Shown: piece after piece, positions 24,541 to 37,810 of the stretch
How positions within the stretch are numbered: position 1 is the first letter of the stretch
Layout of the letters: each line of letters opens with the position of its first letter
Assembly (NCBI RefSeq): GCF_009914755.1
Contig: NC_060933.1
Origin: the human T2T-CHM13v2.0 reference genome, Homo sapiens
Length of the DNA: 64,000 nucleotides
Reading direction: 5' to 3' (one strand)
The notes under the pieces: generated by a model
The model's database searches: none
What the model saw: the letters and a program-made list of their open reading frames with translations, nothing else
What the model was told of the DNA's origin: nothing
Translations under genes and position numbers: made by a program

Positions 24541-24838
24541 GGCCGGGCACGGTGGCTCACGCCTGTAATCCCAGCACTTTGGGAGGCTGAGGCGGGAGGA
24601 TCACGAGGTCAGGAGATCAAGACCATCCTGGCTAACATGGTGAAACCCTGTCTCTACTAAAAACACACACAAAAAAATTAGCCGGGTGTGGTGGTGGGCG
24701 CCTGTAGTCCCAGCTACTCAGGAGGCTGAGGCAGGAGAATGGCATGAAGTCAGAGGTTGTAGTGAGCTGAGATCACGCCACTGCACTCCACCCTGGGTGA
24801 CAGAGTGAGACTCCATCTCAATAAAAAAAAAAAAAAAG
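24541..24838 (+). mobile_element. Alu (AluY/Sc8-like)
   Basis: gagatcaagaccatcctggctaac, gagaatggc; TSD AAGAATTTGTT. Confidence 0.95.
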
Positions 24839-25214
24839 AATTTGTTATTGGTCTCTTCAGGTTTCACTTTCTTCCTGGTTCAACTGTGGGAGATTGTATG
24901 TTTCGAGGAATGTATCAATTTCTTCAGATTTTCTAATTTGTGTGCATAGGGATGTTCATAAATCTCTAAGGATATTTTGTATTTCTGTGGGATAAGTTGT
25001 AATGTCATCTTTGTCATTTCTGATTGTGCTTATCTGGATTTTTTTTTTTGTTTCCTTGTTCTCCCAGCCCTAGTGATGATAGCTTCTTTCTTCAATATCC
25101 ATATCCAGGATGCCTTTAGTGTTGTCTGTTTGTCTTGCCAGTTCTCCAGTGCCTGTTAACAACTTTTTTTATATTAAATAGGTAATAAGATATCATGTAA
25201 GTAATCATCAGTAA

Positions 25215-25624
<410 letters not shown>

Positions 25625-25821
25625 AAAATTTCTATGTTTTGTGGAGACCACTTGACAGTCTGACTTGATGTAAATAATTATCTTCAGAGTATAGTTTGAA
25701 GTATACCTCTGGTCCCAGCACATCTCCCTCACTGCCTGTTGCCTACCAAAACTTCCACCATTAGCGGAATCATCCTCTTGGGATAAATTTTCTATCTCTG
25801 AAGATTCTCTTAAAATGCAGA

Positions 25822-27191
25822 TGTAATCACCTGATGAGTTCTTCCTGCCTGCATCACAGACAAAACCAGCTCACTGAGACCATGGTATTGCAGTAAAGAA
25901 AGAATTTGATTAATGCAAAGCCAGCCACATGGAAGATGGAGCTATTACTCAAATCTGTCTCCTCGAAGCCTTGAAGGTTGGGGTTTTTCAAGGATTGCTT
26001 GGGGGCAGGAGGTAGAGAATGGGGCAATCAACCAATGTTGACTGGTTGGGGATGCAATCATTTGGGTGTGGAGAAGAGTCCTCCTGAACTGAGTCAGCCT
26101 CTGAGCAGGGGCCACAGACTGGTTGAATCATGGGTTGTGTGTTCTGACCTGGATCCATGACCCATATTTCAACCAGTCTGTGGCCCCCACTTGGAGGCAG
26201 CCAGTCAGCCAGTTATCAGAAATACAAAACTATGAAACAAAACCTCAAAAGGCCAATCTTAGTTTCTACAATAGTGATGTTATTCACATGAGTAACCAGG
26301 GAAGTCACAAATCTTGTGACCTCTGGAACAACGGCTGGTAATCGTTTAACTATGCTTACATCTTAGCAGAATTCAGGACCCTCTGGATGGCAGCAGGAGG
26401 CAGCCAAATGCCTAGGCAGATAGGGGTGGGTCCCCAGTGAAACCCCACCTCCAAGCCAAAAACAGCCTGAAGGCTGAAAACCCAGACTGCTGGTCCTGGA
26501 TGAAACCCGCAACCCAGAGGGAGAACTTCTGTTCCTGTTTGCCTGCACTTTCCTGATTGATTCTTTCTGAATAATGCCTTTTAACCAATCAATGTTGCCT
26601 TTTCCAATACTACCTAGGCCTGCCCCTTCCCCATTCTGAGCCTCAGATGCAGCCATATTGAGGGGGCTTACCACCCCCACATCCTCTCTCTGCTGAAAGC
26701 TGTTTCATCACTCAATAAAACTCCCTGTCTTGCTCACTCCTTGAATGTCAGTGCATCCTCATTCTTCTTGGGTGCAGGACAATAACTTGGGAACCAGTGT
26801 ATAAGCCAGACTTGGCCTGGGTGGGCTGAGTAGGCAGGCCATCTCCTGCAGCAGGTAAAGGCCATCTCCAGCAGCAGGTAGTGGGGCTGAGTGAGGCCCA
26901 GGTGGTGCATCACCAGCCAGAGGTTCCTGGCTTGCAAAGTGACCAAGAAGAAAATTTTGTGTTACTCTCATAATCCTAACCTTGGCCTTTTGTTAGTTTT
27001 ACAAAGGGGGTTTAGTTTTGGGAAGGGCTATTATTATTCTTGCTTTAAGGTTCAACTATAAATTAAACTCCTCCCAGAGTTAGCTTAGCCTACGTCCAGG
27101 TATGACCAAGGACAGCTTGGAGGTTAGAAGCAAGATGATGTCAACTATGTCAGATTTCTCTTACTGACATAATTTTGCATTGGTGGTTTCA
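25822..27191 (-). mobile_element. LTR8/LTR8A-like solo LTR, split by a nested LTR
   Basis: Reverse complement of the right end is TGAAACCACCAATGCAAAATTATG...CATCTTGCTTCTAACCTCCAAGCTGTCC; flanks CAGA/GAGA. Confidence 0.8.
26385..26964 (+). mobile_element. Nested ERV1 solo LTR (LTR27/LTR28-like)
   Basis: Perfect TSD CTCT (26381-26384 and 26965-26968); CCAAT and AATAAA at about 26714; host LTR reads through when it is removed. Confidence 0.78.
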
Positions 27192-28302
27192 GAGATATTC
27201 CTCAGCATGTAGAGTATGGTGTCATTCATATCATAACATAGATTAGCAGATCATATTGTTTATTCACCTGTCAGAGCAATGGCAAAAAGGAGCACAGAGC
27301 ATTGTAAGTTTTCATAACTTGAACATGAGCCCTTGTTTTCCTATATCCTTGGGATTTTCTTGGTGACTTGTATGCATTATGCTCTGAATGAGTATGTGTC
27401 AATAGCATGAGGCAGTTGAGGTGGGAGAAAATGAAACAGAAGATGGAGTGTGGCACAGGAGGCAATGTTAGAGTGTGGCAACTTCTCAGCCAGGAGGTGG
27501 TCTCAGAGCCATGGCCACCTGACAAAGGGAAAGGAGCAGAGAAATGGCAGGAAGGAGTGCTGAGGGTAAACTTTGCTTATTTCAAAAGTCCTGTCTCAGA
27601 CTGGTCCCCTGATGCAGAGATTCTGCTTAAGGGAAATTAAATTGGCAACAAATAATCTTTTCCGAAAACTGTGATAAGAAATTATTGCTTGCACCATAGC
27701 ACTGGCCTTCCTTTCCTGTACTGTCATTCTGTATCAGTGTAAAGTTAGTCATAAGATCATGTTTATTGAGAGTCCTTGACCCAGGCAAACTCAGGATGTG
27801 GAAGAATCCATGGATGGAGAAATTGTATTTCTTCTCTTATTAGGAAAGACTAGTTTCCCTTAAGCAGCTGTGGGATGGGAAACTGACAAAGACTTACTCA
27901 TTTAGGCTCTGTTATTTACAACTCTTTTTCATTCCTGCTTACAAGGTTTTCAGCACTGACACTTTTTATCAGCCTTGCACTTTTCTCTTCCTCTCCAAAA
28001 TTTGTCAGACAAATGTTTATCTATGTCAATATCTATGTCCAAATCTATATTTCTTTATTTTTTTCTCAGCACAGCTTCCCTTACAGAGGCCTTCTTCATA
28101 TGCTAAGCAGCATTACAGAAGTACTAAAAAACTACAAAAAGATGGATCACTCTCACTATACAGGTATTTGATTGCTCTTAGGTATTCAGAGGGACTTTAT
28201 GGTCTGGAGCCTGATGTCCTGATTGCAGGCTGTGAGCGGAAAAGAGGAGAAAGGAAACTAATGTGATAAATAGAACAATTGGACTTTCACTCATGTAGGC
28301 AG

Positions 28303-28508
28303 AGTGATGGGTTAATACTGAGTGTCAACTTGATTGGATTGAAGACTACAAAGTATTGATCCTGGGTGTGTCTGTGAGGGTGTTGCCAAAGGAGATTAAC
28401 ATTTGAGTCAGTGGGCTGGGAAAGGCAGACCCACCTTTAATTTGGGTGGGCACAATCTAATCAGCTTCCAGCGTGGCTAGAATATAAGCAGGCAGGAAAA
28501 TATTGAAT
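28303..28508 (+). mobile_element. 5' LTR MLT2A (A1/A2), 3'-truncated
   Basis: gttaatactgagtgtcaacttgattggattgaag; matches only the first about 205 bp of the 3' LTR. Confidence 0.92.
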
Positions 28509-28528
28509 ATTAGGAATGGAGTTCTTTC

Positions 28529-30267
28529 ATGGTTTTGGGGTTTTCTGGAGTTGGCTGCTTAATATGATTAGACCCCAAAATGCTAAGGACTCTACTTCTA
28601 ATAGTATAGAGAACACTGATAGTCCTTGATGTGAACTGTAGAGAGTTATGCAAAATAAATGCATTTGGCACTCCTGATTCATTACTCATGAGAGGCAAGG
28701 AGTTTAGTGACTCTATAAGTAATACCTTTGACCATATGTGGAGAACCAAGGAACATAATGAAGCTGGTTGGTTGCTCCCAAGTTCAGTGGACAAAGTGAT
28801 GAAAGAAAATTATGAACTCAGGGATTCTGTCTTCTGGCTTCAGAAGCTGATACTGAGACTCAAATCTGCTAAGATTGCCCTGAGTGAGAGTCTTATCTCC
28901 TGTAGAGAAAGAGTTGAAATTGTGGAAAAACAGAGACAAGCTCTTATCATGCAAGTGGCTGACCTGCAATGAAAGGTGCATGCACAGCCTCACCATGTGT
29001 CTATTGTTAAAATGAGGGCATTGATTGGAAAAGAATGGGAGCCTGCAACTTGGAATGGGGATGTTGGGAGGACTCTGATGAAGCTGGGGACACTGAGTTA
29101 GTAAACTCTGATGAACCTTTTTTGCCAGAAGAAACAGCTTCCCCATCCCCAGTAGTGGCAACATCCCCTCCCCATCCTATGCTGCCATAAGCCTTTACAC
29201 CTTTGTCTGAGGAGATAAACCCTGCCTTGCCTGAGGCAACAGTGATGGCCTCCCCTGATGGGCAGTTGCCTGGCAAGATAATGTTGATTCTCCTCAGTAG
29301 TCACTACTAACGCCCCTGTTTTGCTTCTAGACCTATAACTAGACTAAAGTCCTGGGGGGCCCCTAAAGGTGAGGTTGAGATTGTGACCCATGAGGAGGTG
29401 CCCTACACTCAAAAAGAACTGCTTGAGTTTTCTAATTTACATAAACAGAAATCTGGAGAACAGGCATAGGAATGGATATTAAGGGTGTGAAATAATGGTG
29501 GAAAGAACATAGTGTTGGATCAGGATGAATTTATTGATTTGGGCCCACTAAGTAGGGACTCTGCATTTAATGTTGCAGCTCAGGGAGTTAAAAAAGGTTC
29601 TAATAATTTCTTTGCTTCGTTAGCTGAAATATGGATAAAAAGATGGCCCACTGTGAATAAGCTGGAAAAGCCTGATCTCCCTGGGTTTAATGTAGAGGAA
29701 GGGATCCAAAGGCTTAGGGAGATTGGGATGGTAGAGTGGATTAGTCACTTTAGACCTACTCATCCCAGCTGGGAGGGTCCAGAAGATATACCCCTGACAA
29801 ATGCCTTGTGAAATAGATTTGTGAGGGCAGCACCTACATCTTTAAAGAACCCTGTAATTGCTCTTCTCTGTATGTCAGATCTAACAGTGGGAACCATAGT
29901 CGCTCAACTACAAAATTTAAATACAATGGGAATAATTGGATCCCAAGGTGGCAGGGGCCAAGTGGCAGCACCCAACCGTCAAAGGCAAGTTGGGTGTAGC
30001 TACCATAATGGACAGCAGAAACAAAGGGGCAATCAGAATAGTCTGACTGGTGTAGAGCTCTGGCGTTGGCTAATAAATCACGGTGTTCCTGGAAGTGAAA
30101 TTGATAGGAAGCCTACTGCATTCATACTTAATTTATATAAGCAGAAAACTTCGAGGTCAAATGGACAAAAGACTTATTTGAATTTGAATTATAAAAACAG
30201 AGAATCATGGCCCCTCAATCAATTTCCAGACTTAAGTCAGTTTATAGACCCATAACCCCTTGAATGA
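28529..30267 (+). pseudogene. gag: HERV-L gag (disrupted)
   Basis: ERVL gag peptides LDQDEFIDLGPLSRDSAFNV, EEGIQRLREIGMVEWI, LWRWLINHGVP; in-frame TGA at 30265 before pro. Confidence 0.88.
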
Positions 30268-33230
30268 AGGGGAGGCCATGTCCCCTTGAGGAAGGACCCC
30301 ACTATATTACTGACAATTTATGCAGTAAATCTTTCTCCCATCCTTCCCCAAGGAGACCTCTGGCCTTTTTCCAGGGTAACTGTGCACTGGGGAAAGGGAA
30401 ATAATCAGATATTTCATGGACTACTGGACACTGGCTCTGAGCTGACGTTGATTCCAGGGGACCCAAAACGTCATTGTGATCCTCCAGTTAAAGTAGGGGC
30501 TAATAGAGGTCAGGTAATTAATGAAGTTTTAGCTCAGGTCTGACTTGTAGTGGGTCCAGTGGGCTCCTGGACTCATCCTGTGGTCATTTCCCTAGTGCCA
30601 GAATGCATAATTGGCATAGACAAACTTAGCAGCTGGCAGAACCCCCACATTGGCTCCCTGACTAGTAGGGTGAGAGCTATTATAGGGCAAAAGGTCAAAT
30701 GGAAGCCATTAGACCTGCCTCTACCTAGAAAAATAGTAAATCAAAAACAATATCACATCCCTGGAGGGATTGTGGAGATTAGTGCCACCATCACGGACTT
30801 GAAAGATGCAGAGGTGGTGATTCCCACCACATCCCTGGTCAACTCTCCCATTTGGCCTGTACAGAAGACAGATAGATCTTGGAGAATGACAGTGGATTAT
30901 CTTAAGCTTAACCAAGTGGTGACTCCAATTGCAGCTGTTGTACCAGATGTGGTTTCATTGCTTAAGCAAATTAACACATCTCCTGGTACCTGGTATGCAG
31001 CCATTGATGTGGCAAATGCCTTTTTCTCCATTCCTGTTCATAAGGCCAGTTTGCCTTCCACTGGCAAGGTCAGCAATATACCTTTACTGTCCTACCTCAG
31101 GGGTGTATCAACTCTCTGGCTTTGTGTCATAATCTTACCTGGAGACATCTTGATCGCTTTTTGCTTCCACAAGATATCACACTGGTCCATTACATTGATG
31201 ACATGCTGACTAGATCCAGTGAGTAAGAAGTAGCAAACACACTGGAATCATTGGTGAGACATTTGCGTGCCAGAGGATGGGAAATAAATCTGACTTTCAG
31301 GGACCTTCTACCTCGGCAAAATTTCTAGGGGTCCAGTGGTGTGGAGCCTGTTGAGATATTCCTTCTAAGGTGAAGGATAAGTTGCTGCATTTGGCCCCTC
31401 CTACAACCAAGAAAGAGGTACAAAGCCTAGTGGGTCTCATTGGATTTTGGAGGCAACACATTCCTCCTTTGGGTGTGTTACTCCAGGCCATTTGTCAAGT
31501 GACCTGAAAGGCTGCCAGTTTTGAGTGGGGTCCAGGAGAAGGCTCTGCAACAGGTCCTGTCTGCTGTGCAAGCTGCTCTGCCACTTGGGCCATATGACCC
31601 AGCAGATCAGATGGTACTTGAGGTGTCACTCGCAGATAGGGATGTTGTTTGGAGCCTTTGGCAGGCTCCCATAGGTGAGTCACAGTGGAGGCCTCTAGGA
31701 TTTTGGAGCAAGGCCCTGCCATCTTCTGCAGATAACTACTCTCCTTTTGAGAGACAGCTCTTGGCCTATTACTGGGCTTTGGTGGAAACCGAACGTTAGA
31801 CTATGGGTCATCAAGTTACCATGCATCCTAAACTGCCTCATGAACTGGGTGCTTTCTGACTCATCTAGTCATAAAGTGGGTCATGCACAGCAGCATTCCA
31901 TCATCAAATGAAAGTGGTAAATACATGATCAGGCTTGAGCATGTCCTAAAGGCACAAATAAGTTACATGAGGAAGTGACTCAAATGCCCACGGTCTCCTT
32001 TCCTGCCACCCTACCTTCTCTCCCTGAGCCTGCGCCAATAGCCTCAGGGGGAGTTGCCTATGATCAGTTGACAGAGGAAGAGAAGACTAGGGCCTGGTTC
32101 ACACATGGTTCTGCACAATATGCAGGCACCACCCAAAAGTGGACAGCTGCAGCATTACAGCCCCTTTCTAGGACATCTCTGAAGGACAGCAGTGAAGGGA
32201 AATCTTCCCAGTGGGCAGAATTTCCAGCAGTGCACCTGGTTTTGCACTTTGCATGGAAGAAGAAATGGCCAGGTATGTGATTATATACTGATTCATGGAC
32301 CATAGCCAATGGTTTGGCTGGATGGTCAGGGACTTGGAAGCAGCATGATTGGAAAATTGGTGACGAAGACATCTGGGGAAGAGGTATGTGGATGGACCTC
32401 TTTGAGTGGTCAAAAACTGTGAAGATATTTGTATCCCATCTGAGTGCTTACCAACAGGTGACCTCAGCAAAGGAGGATTTTAATAATCAAGAGGATAAGA
32501 TGACCCATTCTGTGGACACCACTCAGCCTCTTTCCCCAGCCACTCCACCATCGCCCAATGGGCCCATGAAAAAAGTGGCCGTGGTGGCAGGGAAGGAGAT
32601 TATGCATGGGCTCAGCAACATTCCACTCCCTAAGGCTGCCCTGGCTATGGCCACTATTGAGTGCCCAATTTGCCAGCAGCAGAGACCAACACCGAGCCCT
32701 CGATATGGCACCATTCCTTGGGGTGATCAGCCAGCTACCTGGTGGCAGGTTGATTATATTGGACCTCTTACATCATGGAAAGGACAAAGGTTTGTCCTCA
32801 CTGACATAGACACTTACTCTGGATATAGGATTTCCTATCTTGCATGCAATGCTTCTGCTGAGACTACCATCCGTGGACTCATGGAATGCCTTATCCACCA
32901 TCATGGTATTCCACATAGCATTGCCTCTGACCAAGGCACTCACTTTTTGGCTAAAGAAGTGCAGCAGTGGTCTCATGCTCATGGAAGTCACTAATCCTAC
33001 CATGTTCCCCATCATCCTGAAGCAGCTGGATTGATAGAATGGTGGGAAAGCCTTTTGAAGTCACAATTACAAGGCCAACTAGGTGACAATACTTTGCAGG
33101 GCTAGGGCAAAGTTCTCCAAAAGGCTGTGTATCCTCTGAATCAATGCCCAATATATGGTACTGTTTCTCCCATAGCCAGGATTCACGGGTCCAGGAATCA
33201 AGGTGTGGAAGTGTGACACCACTCACGATC
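30268..33230 (+). pseudogene. pol: HERV-L pro-pol (protease, RT, RNase H, integrase), disrupted
   Basis: LLDTGSE; SPIWPVQKTD-WRMTVDY; YIDD at 31191; RNase H AWFTHGSA and YTDSW; integrase CPICQ, WQVDYIGP, SDQGTHF. Confidence 0.93.
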
Positions 33231-33269
33231 ACCCTTAGTGAGTCACTAGCAACATTTTAGCTTTCTGTT

Positions 33270-33572
33270 CCCACAACATTACGTTCTGCTGGCCTAGAGG
33301 TCTTAGTTCCAGAGGGAGAAACTCTGCCACCAGGAGACAAAACAATGATTCCATTAAACTGGAAGTTAAGATTGCCACCTGGACATTTTGGACTCCTCCT
33401 ACCTTTAAGTCAACAGGCTAAGAAGGGAGTTATAGTGTTGGCTGGGATGATTGACCCAGGCTATCAAGATGAAATCAGTCTCCTACTTCACAATGGAGGT
33501 AAGGAAGAGTATGCATGAAATACAGGAGATCATTAGGGCATCTCTTAGTATTACCATTCCCTGTGATTAAGG
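33270..33572 (+). pseudogene. dut: HERV-L dUTPase remnant
   Basis: SAGLEVLVPEG, LRLPPGHFGLLL, GVIVLAGMIDPGYQDEI downstream of integrase, the position expected for ERV-L. Confidence 0.85.
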
Positions 33573-34243
33573 TCTTCCATCATGGAAAGGGCAGAGGTTT
33601 GTCATCACTGGAATAGACACTTACTCTAGATATGGGTTTGCCTATTCTGCATGCAATGCTTCTGCCAAGACTATCATCTGTGAACTCACGGAATGCCTTA
33701 TCCACTGTCATGGTATTCCACACAGCATGGGAAATTACAACAGCCTAACCCAGGCAGGACTACAAATGATCCAGACCCTTCAGGAATGAAGGTTTGAGTC
33801 ACTCCACCAGGTAAAAAAAAACACAACCTGTTGAGGTGCTTGCTGAAGGCAAAGGGAATACAGAATGGGTAGTAGAAGAAGGTAGTCATCAATATCAGCT
33901 ATGACCACGTGACCAGCTGCAGAAACGAGGACTGTAATTGTCATGAGTATTTCCTCCTTCTTTTGTTAAAAACATGTTTGTGCAAGTATACATTTGTACT
34001 AAAAAAAAATTCATTTTATTTCCTTTCTCCTTCATCATGTGACATAGATTTATTGACTTCACATCAGCATTTAAGTATTAACTTTATGTAATAGTATTTG
34101 GTTTGGGGATTGGGGTGTTTCTGGTTGTATGAAGGATAGTTGTATTATGTTAGGCATAATTATGACTTTATTATTGTCTTTATTTGAAGATTATGTATGA
34201 TCTCAGGAGATGTGTAAGGGTTCAAGTTGACAAGGTGTGGGCC

Positions 34244-34695
34244 TGTTGTAGTTAATACTGAGTGTCAACTTGAATGGATTGAAGGATACAAAGTATTGAT
34301 CCTGAGTGTGTCTGTGAGGGTTTTGCCAAAGGAGATTAACGTTTGTGTCGGTGGGCTGGGAAAGGCAGACCCACCCTTAATCTGGGTGGGCACCATCTAA
34401 TCAGCTGCCAGCGTGGCTAGAATATAAGCAGGCAGAAAAATATGGAAAGAGAAACTGACCTAGCTCCCCCAAGGCTATATCTTTCTCCCATGCTGGATGC
34501 TTCCTGCCCTCAAACATCAGACTCCAAGTTCTTCAGATTTGGAACTGGGACTGGCTCTCCTTTCTCCTCAGCCTACAGATGGCCTATTGTTGGACCTTGT
34601 GACTGCATGAGTTAATACTTAATAAACTCCCCTTTATATATATATATATATCTATTCCATTAGTTCTGTCCCTCTAGAGAACCCTGACTAATACA
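34244..34695 (+). mobile_element. 3' LTR MLT2A, complete (452 bp)
   Basis: TG...gagaaccctgactaataCA, AATAAA at 34621, short (TA)n. Confidence 0.93.
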
Positions 34696-34869
34696 GGCAG
34701 CAAATATGTAACTGTTCACAGCATTTCACTTCATTCCCAGAATTGACAGGCAAGCAGTCATATGTCCTTCCTTTATGCTCATGGGTCCTATGGATGCAAG
34801 GTAGTGTTTTCTAAAAAAAAATAAAATAAATAAAAAATCAAAAAGATAAGAAAATTTGAAGGTATCAGG

Positions 34870-35050
34870 GCTGGTTTTGAATCCTGGCTCTGCTCTGACG
34901 CTTATTCCACACCCCAGAACAAGTTATTTAATCCCTGTAAGTCCCACTGTGCTCATCTGTGAGATGGGAATATCAATCCCTACAATGTTGGGTTGCTAGA
35001 AAAGATACATGAGATAGCACCTGGAACAGAGCAAGTACTTCATAAAAGTT
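34870..35050 (+). mobile_element. MIR
   Basis: tttgaatcctggctctgc...caagttatttaa...ctcatctgtgagatggg. Confidence 0.7.
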
Positions 35051-35329
35051 GGTTTTTAGCCCTAGCCCTTTATGCCTCCATTTCCTGCCTTTGATCATCA
35101 TTGGTGTGAACTTTTCTGCCTACTGAATAATAGAGAAATGCTTTGTGATGATAAGAACATAGCAGAGAATGAAGTGTGTAAATTCTGGGGCAGAGAAAAT
35201 TCTCTGGACTAAACACACTTTAGCGTACATGAACATCCCTCCAAATTTTATCAGGCTGGTGCCTATATGTTTCAGCTTAAAATATACTTCCTGATAAGCA
35301 GAAAGACAATTTTAAGTAATAGATAAATA

Positions 35330-35535
35330 ACGTGTACACATGGACATACAGTGTGGAATGATAGACATTGGAGATTCCGAACGTGGGAAGAAAGCATAGG
35401 GTAAGAAATTACTTAGTGAGTAAAATGTATATTATTCTAGCAGTGAATACACTAAAAATTCAGGCTTTACCACCACTCAATATATCCATGTAACAAAATT
35501 GTACTTGTACTCCCTAAATTTATACAAATAAAAAT
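35330..35535 (+). mobile_element. L1MA-like 3' end
   Basis: gtacacatggacatacagtgtggaatgatagacattggaga...atatatccatgtaacaaaattg. Confidence 0.75.
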
Positions 35536-35811
35536 TAACTTCTCTCTCTCTCTCTCTTCCTGGAGGAAAATAACTAGTAGGTTTCTTTTGGGTTGGATAG
35601 GACTTATTTGCTTTTCAACACCCAAAGAATAACTTTGAAAATGTTATTTTCAAAATAAATTGAGTGTTCCCTGGAAGTTGCTGTATTTTTTTAATTGGTT
35701 ATTTTGGAGTAGTCTAGAAGACTTCCCTACAATTATTGTTTAAGCCTTAAAATAAACCCTTTAGTATACAAATTTGAAAAAATTAAAGCTTTCTTGAAAA
35801 TAGATTTATAT

Positions 35812-36475
35812 ATACTCTATCAGAGTGCAAGCAGGAAACAGAAGCTACACCAGTTACTTGAACATAGAGACTTTAAGGAATGGTTGGTAACTAGGTAACT
35901 GAAAGGATTAAATTAAAAAACAAACAAACAAAAAAACAACAATGAAAGTAACATGGAGATAGCAACTGCAGGAAGCAGCTACCACTCCTGGGGCTGGGGA
36001 TAGCAGAGGGAAGTGCTTGGATTTATTAGAAGTTAGAAACTTTGAGAAAGGGCCCCACAACTTGTGCTGGCTGTGAGCTGGGATAAGCAGCCCTGTGGGC
36101 CTGCCACTGAAACCTTTGAGGACAGGGCACTATTTATAGCTCACTTGTGTCTATGAGGTGGGGGCATGATGAAGCTGTTTTTGCGAAAGTTGCAAAAACT
36201 GCAAATTGGAATCAGCTGCTGCTATGGAACGGCATGGGTGAAGAAGCACTGCTGGAGTGATCTTACAGAAACCACAAGCTGACAAGCCTATAGGGAACAA
36301 ACTGAAAGGAACCTGTCCTTTCTCTCTCCTCCAGCCTGGCTGTCTCCCTCTGTAACACCCTCTAGTGACAGAGCCTAACTGGAGCAGCTGGCAAAGCTAA
36401 AAATGATGTTTTGAGTCCCAGGCCTGAATTGCATAAGTGTATAGAGAAGGGTAGCTGAGAGACAATAACTTAATG
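35812..36475 (-). mobile_element. Old ERVL-type LTR (LTR33-like)
   Basis: caggaaacagaagctacaccag...gcaactgcaggaagcagctaccac...gctgagagacaataacttaat; family from recall only. Confidence 0.45.
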
Positions 36476-36863
36476 TAAAACTTGTTTGAAAATAGACCTC
36501 TAATGCAAAGGAAAGACACGTTGAGGAATTGATATCCTCTCATTCCTTTTTCTTCCCAACTCCTAATTCAAGGCTAAGAGAATGTTCCAAATTGTAATGG
36601 TATTTGGAGGATGATACAAGATGAAATGTGACCCAACATTTCTTTTCCACCTTGCCATGACTCCAGTGGCTCCAAGACATTTGTATTCCACAGACTGGTA
36701 AAATTTTCTATTTGTGGCAACTGACTTAGAGTTGATTGCTTTTTATTTTGTCTAGTGATAGCATTAAGTACCCAGTAGCATTTCATTAAAGAAAGAATAT
36801 TTCAACCACCAAAACTCAGGAAGAACATAATCTCAGAGTAACGAGTAGTTCTTACATGGATGA

Positions 36864-37263
<400 letters not shown>

Positions 37264-37537
37264 TCTTTTGAGACACGGTCTTGCTCTGGCACCCAGGCTG
37301 GAGTGCAGTGGTGTAAATACAGCTCACGGCAGACTCAAATCACCTGGGCTTAAGTGATCCTCCCACCTCAGCCTCTTGAGTAGCTGGGACTACAGCCACC
37401 ACACCTGGCTAATTTTTAAAAATGTTTTGTAGAGATGGGGTCTTGCCAAGTTCCCTAGGCTGGTCTTGAAATCCTGGGCTCAAGCAATCCTCCTGCCAAA
37501 GTGCTAGGATTGCAGGCATGGGCCTCCAAGCCCAGCT
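37264..37537 (-). mobile_element. Alu (AluJ-type)
   Basis: cctgggcttaagtgatcctccc, cctgggctcaagcaatcc. Confidence 0.9.
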
Positions 37538-37599
37538 GAACAATCTTGATATTCATAAATTTGCATGGGTTTTACAGTTACAGTAATTGTAATAATCTG

Positions 37600-37810
37600 T
37601 AATTATTAAGAGCTTACTATGAACTAGGATTATGATGAGCACTATATATATGATTTAATCTTCCTCGTAAGTCTCCCAAGTGGGTCCCATTATCATCCCC
37701 ATTACACATTAAGGAAAATGAGAATTGGTGAAGATGTGAGCCTAAGGTTACACAGCTAAGTGGCAGAGCTATGCCTAGAAGCCAGATCTTCTGACAACAA
37801 AGTCTGGCTG
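37600..37810 (-). mobile_element. MIR
   Basis: tatcatccccatt...cctaaggttacacagctaagtggcagagc. Confidence 0.7.

Larger units (their letters stand above)
28303..34695 (+). mobile_element. Near full-length defective HERV-L provirus (class III)
   Basis: MLT2A LTRs, perfect 5-bp TSD GGCAG (28298-28302 and 34696-34700), gag-pro-pol-dUTPase, no env. Confidence 0.95.
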
